Assembly (NCBI GenBank): GCA_963663275.1
Contig: OY760183.1
Span: forward strand, 608,001 to 672,000
Reading direction: 5' to 3'
Length of the DNA stretch: 64,000 nucleotides
Origin: Chloroflexota bacterium
GTDB lineage: Bacteria; Chloroflexota; UBA11872; VXOZ01
The notes below the pieces were generated by a model that saw only the letters and a list, made by a program, of their open reading frames with translations, did not search any database and was not told the origin of the DNA. Position 1 is the first letter of the stretch. Each line of letters starts with the position of its first letter. The translations under genes and the position numbers were made by a program. Positions 58,459 through 64,000 of the stretch are shown here, piece by piece.

Positions 58459-58716
58459 CTACCTGCCATGTGGGAGACTCCTGATCAGGTAGTTCTCAAC
58501 GTCGCGCACTATGACGGATTCTATGTAAGGCACAAGCAAGCGGGAAAGTAGCATCGCCGCTTGTTCTTCCGACAGAGTGCCATTCCGCATCAACTTGGCG
58601 ACGACGCTAACGCCATCGCTGAAGGATTCGTCGGGAGAGTCGGGAGGGAAATCGTCAGCATAGCGCGATTCCACCGGCTGCCCGGTCTTGACAGAGTCAG
58701 GGCTTTTGATGCCCAT
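58459..58716 (-). CDS. hypothetical protein
   Basis: 85-aa ORF downstream of rplT with a GGAG RBS; no motif recognised. Confidence 0.4.
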   Translation of the reverse strand: MGIKSPDSVKTGQPVESRYADDFPPDSPDESFSDGVSVVAKLMRNGTLSEEQAAMLLSRLLVPYIESVIVRDVENYLIRSLPHGR

Positions 58717-58791
58717 TTCGCATCTCCCTATCACGAGGTACCGCTTCGGGACACGCCCGTTTCATCCTCTCGGCACGCTGCGCGGGCCAAT

Positions 58792-59157
58792 CTAGGAAGC
58801 GGCTGGCAGAGCGCCTTTGGCCACGTTGGCCAGTTCGGCAAAGGCGGCGCTGTCTGCCACGGCCAGGTCTGCCAGCATCTTGCGGTCCAGGGTGACGTTG
58901 GCTTCGCGGAGGCCGTGCATGAAGGCGCTGTAGGAGAGGCCGTTTTGGCGGGCGGCGGCGTTGATGCGCACGATCCAGAGGCGGCGCATCTCGCGCTTGC
59001 GGGTGCGGCGGTGGCGGTAGGCGAACGCCATGCCGCGCATCACGGCCTCGTTGGCGCTCTTGAAGAGGCGGCTGCGGCCGCCCCAGTAGCCTTCCGCGCG
59101 TTTCAGGACTTTCTTGTGGCGTTTGTGGGCGGTTACGCCGCGTTTTACTCGGGGCAT
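58792..59157 (-). CDS. rplT: 50S ribosomal protein L20
   Basis: [29 protein letters not shown]. Confidence 0.98.
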   Translation of the reverse strand: MPRVKRGVTAHKRHKKVLKRAEGYWGGRSRLFKSANEAVMRGMAFAYRHRRTRKREMRRLWIVRINAAARQNGLSYSAFMHGLREANVTLDRKMLADLAVADSAAFAELANVAKGALPAAS

Positions 59158-59470
59158 GGTTGCTCTCTACTCTGTTGGTGATGGCTGCGGTTCGTCTGAT
59201 TTTCCGGCGGACGCTAACGTGAACGGCGGGGGACAAGCCCCCGCGCTACAGTCAGTTCACATCTTTCAGGCTTCGTTCGGTTTGCCAGTCAAGATTGACA
59301 CCGTAGCGCCGTTCGTCCTGAGCCTGTCGAAGGATGAACGGCGCGGGCCTTGTATCCCAGAAACGATCCAATCAGCCGGTTTACCGTTAATCCAAAGCTC
59401 GCGCGTTTCTCACAATGGCGGGGGACAAGCCCCCGCGCTACGGCTACTCCGGCGGCATTGAGCAAAATGC

Positions 59471-59677
59471 TTACTTTATGCCGGCGCCCGGCAAAAGGCT
59501 CTTTACGCGCTTCCGTTCGCCGTCGGGCGATTCGTAATACCGCGCCGCCATGCGCAGCGTGCGCGGTTGCTTCTTGCGGCGCAGGTGGTTCATGCTGCCT
59601 TTCGGCCGCATCAATTTACCGGTCCCGCTCACCTTAAAGCGCTTGCGCGTGCTCTTGTGCGTCTTCATTTTGGGCAC
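59471..59677 (-). CDS. rpmI: 50S ribosomal protein L35
   Basis: MPKMKTHKSTRKRFKVSGTGK; GTG start with GAGGTG RBS. Confidence 0.95.
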   Translation of the reverse strand: MPKMKTHKSTRKRFKVSGTGKLMRPKGSMNHLRRKKQPRTLRMAARYYESPDGERKRVKSLLPGAGIK

Positions 59678-59816
59678 GAGTCTATCACCTCGCTTCACTG
59701 AGGAATCGTTTGCTATGGTATCATAGACAGGGCAATGCGCACAACCGCCTGTCGCCCCGCGCATATTCCACGCCTAACCTCGCGTACACCCGTCATGCTG
59801 ATGCAGGAAGCACGCC

Positions 59817-61808
59817 ATGCCCCCGTTTCAATTGGTCACCGAGCTTGAGCCGCGCGGCGACCAGCCGGAAGCCATCGGCCAACTCGTCGACGGCTGCCAG
59901 GCCGCGTATCCGTTCCAGACCCTGCTTGGCGTCACCGGTTCCGGCAAGACCCTCACCATGGCGCGGGTCATCCAGGCGATCCAGAAGCCCGCGCTCGTCC
60001 TCGCGCCCAATAAGACCCTGGCCGCCCAACTCTTCTCCGAGTTTCGCGACTTCTTCCCAGAAAACGCCGTCGAATACTTCGTCTCCTACTACGACTACTA
60101 CCAGCCCGAGGCCTACATTCCCCGCACGGACACCTACATCGAAAAAGACTCCGACATCAACGAGGAAGTCGAAAAACTCCGGCTCTCGGCCACGCGCTCG
60201 CTGCTGGAGCGGCCGGACGTCATCATCGTCGCCAGCGTCTCCTGCATCTACGGCATGGGCTCGCCCCACGACTACGGGCAAGTGGTCGTGCCGCTGCGCG
60301 TCGGCGAGCAGTACCGCCGCCAGAACGTGTTGCGCCGCCTGAACGACATCCAGTACGAGCGCAACAACGTGGACTTCAAGCGGGGCACCTACCGCGTCAA
60401 GGGCGACGTGCTCGACATCTATCCGGCCTACGGCGACACCGCGATCCGCATCGACTTCTTTGGCGACGAGGTGGACCGCATCATCGAGATCGACCCGCTC
60501 ACCGGCGAGATACTCGACAACCGGCAAGCGATCAACATCTATCCCGCCAGCCACTTCGTGACGCCGGTGGAACGCATGGAAGCGGCCGTCAAGAGCATCG
60601 AGGCCGAACTCGACGAACACGTCGAAATCCTGCAGCGCCAGGACAAACTGCTGGAAACCCAGCGCCTGCTCCAACGCACTCGCTTCGACCTGGAGATGCT
60701 GCGCGAGACCGGCCACTGCAAGGGCATCGAGAACTACAGCCGCCACCTGGACGGCCGCAACGCCGGCGATCCCTCGTGGACGCTGCTGGACTACTTTCCC
60801 AAAGACTTTCTGATGTTCATCGACGAATCCCACGTGGCCGTGCCCCAACTGCGCGGCATGTACGCCGGCGACCGCTCCCGCAAGCAGGTGCTGGTGGACT
60901 ACGGTTTTCGCCTGCCGAGCGCGCTCGACAACCGGCCGCTCATGTTCCAGGAACTCGAACAGCGGCTCAACCAGGTGATCTTCGTCTCCGCCACGCCGAG
61001 CATGTACGAGCGCGAACGGAGCAGCCAGGTGGTGGAACAGATCATCCGTCCTACCGGCCTGGTGGATCCCTCGATCGAGATTCAACCCACCACCGGGCAG
61101 ATCGACCATCTTGTCGGTGAAATCCGCCGGCGGGTGGCGCAGCGCGAGCGCGTGCTGGTGACCACGCTGACCAAGCGCATGGCGGAGCAACTGGCCGAGT
61201 ACCTGAACGAAATCGGCATAAAAGTCCACTACCTCCACTCGGAGATCGATACCCTGGAGCGCGTGGAGATCCTGCGCGACCTGCGCTTGGGCGTGTACGA
61301 CGTGGTGGTGGGCATCAACCTGCTGCGCGAAGGCCTGGACCTGCCGGAAGTCTCGCTGGTGGCAATCCTGGACGCGGATAAAGAGGGCTACCTGCGCAGC
61401 GAGACCTCGCTGGTGCAGACCATCGGGCGGGCCGCGCGCCACATCCACGGCCACGTGGTGCTCTACGCCGATAACGTTACCGATTCCATGCGCCGCGCCA
61501 TCGACGAGACCTACCGCCGCCGCGATAAGCAAGTGGCCTTCAACGATCAACACGGCATCCAACCGGAGAGCGTGCACAAGGCGATACGCGACATTACCGA
61601 TACCATCCGCGCCGTGGCGGAAGAGGAATCAAGCTACCAGACGGAGCACAAGCCGCTCTCGGCCAAAGAGGCAACCAAACTCATCAAGGAACTGGAAAAG
61701 CAGATGCGCAAGGCGGCGAGAGAACTGGACTTCGAACGCGCCGCACTGCTGCGCGACCAAATCCGCGACATCCGCGCCGGCCAAGAGGAAGTGATGATCG
61801 CCGAGTAG
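59817..61808 (+). CDS. uvrB: excinuclease ABC subunit B
   Basis: [43 protein letters not shown]-terminal UVR domain. Confidence 0.98.
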   Translation: MPPFQLVTELEPRGDQPEAIGQLVDGCQAAYPFQTLLGVTGSGKTLTMARVIQAIQKPALVLAPNKTLAAQLFSEFRDFFPENAVEYFVSYYDYYQPEAYIPRTDTYIEKDSDINEEVEKLRLSATRSLLERPDVIIVASVSCIYGMGSPHDYGQVVVPLRVGEQYRRQNVLRRLNDIQYERNNVDFKRGTYRVKGDVLDIYPAYGDTAIRIDFFGDEVDRIIEIDPLTGEILDNRQAINIYPASHFVTPVERMEAAVKSIEAELDEHVEILQRQDKLLETQRLLQRTRFDLEMLRETGHCKGIENYSRHLDGRNAGDPSWTLLDYFPKDFLMFIDESHVAVPQLRGMYAGDRSRKQVLVDYGFRLPSALDNRPLMFQELEQRLNQVIFVSATPSMYERERSSQVVEQIIRPTGLVDPSIEIQPTTGQIDHLVGEIRRRVAQRERVLVTTLTKRMAEQLAEYLNEIGIKVHYLHSEIDTLERVEILRDLRLGVYDVVVGINLLREGLDLPEVSLVAILDADKEGYLRSETSLVQTIGRAARHIHGHVVLYADNVTDSMRRAIDETYRRRDKQVAFNDQHGIQPESVHKAIRDITDTIRAVAEEESSYQTEHKPLSAKEATKLIKELEKQMRKAARELDFERAALLRDQIRDIRAGQEEVMIAE

Positions 61809-61861
61809 GACGACACGGCCGTGTTCCCTTTCCCTCGGGAGGCCGCGTTCCCTCTCCCTGG

Positions 61862-62063
61862 GAGACCTTTGCAAAATCTCGCTGAGAGGCGAACAGTTCC
61901 CTCTCCTGGGGGAGAGGGTTAGGGTGAGGGGAGACTGTGCGGCAAGTCGTGCCTGAATCTTGCGGAATGGGGGCCGAACCGACGAGGATTCCCCCTCACC
62001 CCGGCCCTCTCCCCAGGGAGAGGGAGTTTCAATACGCGCCGACCGGGGTTACGCAAAGGTCTC
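61862..62063. mobile_element. MITE-like element with GAGACCTTTGC TIRs carrying an inverted pair of CCCTCTCCC repeats
   Basis: Same termini as the 19.8 and 52-53.5 kb copies, different interior. Confidence 0.65.
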
Positions 62064-62177
62064 CCTCGGGAGAGAGCAGGAGCATCCTTTCGAAAGAGCG
62101 ATAATGTCCCCTCTCCCTGGGGAGAGGGTTAGGGTGAGGGGAAATTCAGCGCCGAGGCACACAAGAGGGCAAGTAGC

Positions 62178-63305
62178 ATGAGCAAGAAGATATTCGACGC
62201 GGAGGACATAGCCGCGGTGACGCGGGTGTTGGAGTCCGGTGTGCTCAGCGCCGGGCCGGAGGCGGCGGCGTTGGAGGAAGAGTTCGCGGCGGCGCTGGGG
62301 GCGGAGCACGCTATCGCCTGCAACGCGGCCATGGGTGGGCTGCACGCGGCGCTGTGGGCGGTGGGGGTTGGCGCGGGTGACGAGGTGGTGTGCGACCCGT
62401 TGGTGCTCTTTGGCGGCCTGGCGGTACTCTACACCGGGGCTTTGCCGGTATTCGCGGACGTGGACGCGCACACGCACAACATGGACCCCGCCTCGCTCGC
62501 CGAGCGCATCACGCCGCGCACGAAAGCCATCATCGTCACCCATCACTGGGGCGAACCGGCGGACATGGCGGGCATTCTGGCGGTGGCGGACGCGCACAAG
62601 CTGCCCGTGATCGAGGATTGCGCCCACGTCCTCTTTGGCCAGTGGCAGGGCCGCAACGCGGGCACGCTGGGGTCAGTGGGCGTCTTCAGCTTTCAATCGT
62701 CGAAGCACCTGAGCACCGGCGACGGCGGTATCGCGGTCACGAACGATCCGTATCTGGCCGACCAAGTGCGCGCCATCGTTACGTTCGGCGCTGCGCCGGT
62801 GCGGCTGGCGCACAACTTCCGCATGACCGAAATGACCGCCGCCGTGGCGCGCACGCAGTTGCGCCGCGCCCCCGGCTACGTGGCGGAAGACCGCGCCAGC
62901 GCGCAACGCTACGCGCGGGCCGCGGAAGGCTGCGCGTGGCTCAAGCCCCAGGAAGCGAGCGCGGAGAGCGTCCACTCCTACCATCTTTGGGTAGCGGCCT
63001 TCGCGCCGCAGGACAACGGCCCGGCCCAGGAGGACTTCCAAGCGGCGTGCGTCGCAGAGGAAGCGAACTTCAGCTTCGGCTACGTCGGCGTGCCGGCCTA
63101 CCTGCACCCGGTCTTCAGCTTGGGCGGGTCGTATGGCGTAAGCCGCGCGCCGCAGACGCAGCCGCTCCCCTATAGGCGGGGTTGGTGTCCGGTGGCGGAA
63201 TCCCTGATGCCGCGCCTCATGATCACCGGCATCAGCGCCCGCGACGACGACTTCCACCGCCGCAACGCCGCCGCGCTCCACCGGGCTATTCAACGCCTCT
63301 CTTGA
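62178..63305 (+). CDS. DegT/DnrJ/EryC1/StrS family PLP aminotransferase
   Basis: TKAIIVTH, IEDCAH, FSFQSSKHLSTGDGG, NFRM. Confidence 0.92.
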   Translation: MSKKIFDAEDIAAVTRVLESGVLSAGPEAAALEEEFAAALGAEHAIACNAAMGGLHAALWAVGVGAGDEVVCDPLVLFGGLAVLYTGALPVFADVDAHTHNMDPASLAERITPRTKAIIVTHHWGEPADMAGILAVADAHKLPVIEDCAHVLFGQWQGRNAGTLGSVGVFSFQSSKHLSTGDGGIAVTNDPYLADQVRAIVTFGAAPVRLAHNFRMTEMTAAVARTQLRRAPGYVAEDRASAQRYARAAEGCAWLKPQEASAESVHSYHLWVAAFAPQDNGPAQEDFQAACVAEEANFSFGYVGVPAYLHPVFSLGGSYGVSRAPQTQPLPYRRGWCPVAESLMPRLMITGISARDDDFHRRNAAALHRAIQRLS

Positions 63306-63537
63306 ACGGACACCGCGGCTTAGGGCCCAGGGGTTGCGGCAGCGCCGGCAAAGCGCGGGAGGATTGCTTCTCGATAGCGCGCCCGCAGCGCGTCGGCACG
63401 CCTTCCCGGATATACTAGAGGGTAGAGTCTTCGCATGGCGCGCGGGGCGCTGTCCCGTCTTGCGCGGGGCGGCGGCGCAGAGAGCGGTCCCGGCGCGCGC
63501 CGTGTGCTTCATACACAGCAGAAAGGCAAGGCGCGAA

Positions 63538-63882
63538 ATGTCCGTTTTCATGACCCAGTTTTCCTACACCGTTGAAACCTGGAAGCAACTGGCCGACCAT
63601 CCGGAAGACCGGCGGAACGCCATCGAGCCGGTGCTGGCGAGCGTCGGCGGGCGGCTGATTGGGGTGTGGTACGCCTTTGGCGAATACGACGGCGTTGTGA
63701 TCTTCGAAGCGCCCGATAGCGCGTCCGCCGCGGCCGCGGTCATTGCCGCCATTGGACCGGGGCACGTCAAGTCGGTCAAGACCACGCCGCTGCTCACCAC
63801 GGCGGAGATGCAGGCCGCGCTGGGCAAGACCACGTCGATAGCCGAGAGTTCAGGATACGACCGGCCGGGCGGGTCGGCGTAG
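63538..63882 (+). CDS. GYD domain-containing protein
   Basis: GGRL..WYAFGEYD, SVKTTPLL. Confidence 0.85.
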   Translation: MSVFMTQFSYTVETWKQLADHPEDRRNAIEPVLASVGGRLIGVWYAFGEYDGVVIFEAPDSASAAAAVIAAIGPGHVKSVKTTPLLTTAEMQAALGKTTSIAESSGYDRPGGSA

Positions 63883-63946
63883 CCGCCGGACGACCGGACG
63901 TTACGGCATTCGAGCGAGGCGGTAAAGGAGCAAAAGAGGAATAGGC

Positions 63947-64000
63947 ATGTTGGACATTCCGCGCATCCGAGAGGACTTTCCGGCGCTGCAGCACGGCATC
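63947..64000 (+). CDS. start of class V aminotransferase/cysteine desulfurase-like protein (3' truncated)
   Basis: GAGGA RBS and MLDIPRIREDFPAL N-terminus; only 18 codons visible. Confidence 0.6.
   Translation, partial: MLDIPRIREDFPALQHGI

Noticed and set aside
55060-58716. Prophage
   Set aside because: No integrase, structural or replication genes, and no att repeats seen.
1-64000. tRNA, rRNA or riboswitch genes
   Set aside because: None recognised by eye; a tRNAscan-SE/Infernal run would be needed to exclude them.

Overview
A GC-rich bacterial chromosomal window. The gene content and repeat style suggest Chloroflexota, but this is low-confidence inference. The housekeeping backbone includes a caa3-type cytochrome c oxidase operon (coxB-ctaD-ctaE-ctaF-ctaG), parA-parB, aroQ, leuB, rnj-ftsK, fabF, cca, moaD-moaE, rpmI-rplT and uvrB. 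Several lower-GC accessory islets interrupt it: (i) a three-gene unknown cassette at 0.5-2.4 kb; (ii) a five-gene restriction-modification island at 27.4-31.3 kb with two methyltransferases and an apparently nuclease-dead PD-(D/E)xK protein; (iii) a two-gene cassette at 32.6-34.1 kb encoding a proteasome-beta-like Ntn hydrolase with a large insertion plus a 65-aa partner; (iv) a Phd/MNT/HEPN toxin-antitoxin cluster directly behind cca; (v) a 55-58.7 kb islet with HTH-NYN, an Excalibur lipoprotein and an orphan HicB. A DnaA-box cluster with a trio-like tract at 42.39-42.78 kb looks like an oriC detached from dnaA. Intergenic DNA is dense with several GTAG-type REP families, short tandem arrays just downstream of stop codons, and nested MITE-like elements, one of which contains an IS30 whose transposase takes its stop codon from the target. 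I found no rRNA, tRNA or CRISPR array. All family calls come from motif recognition by eye; no database searches were run.
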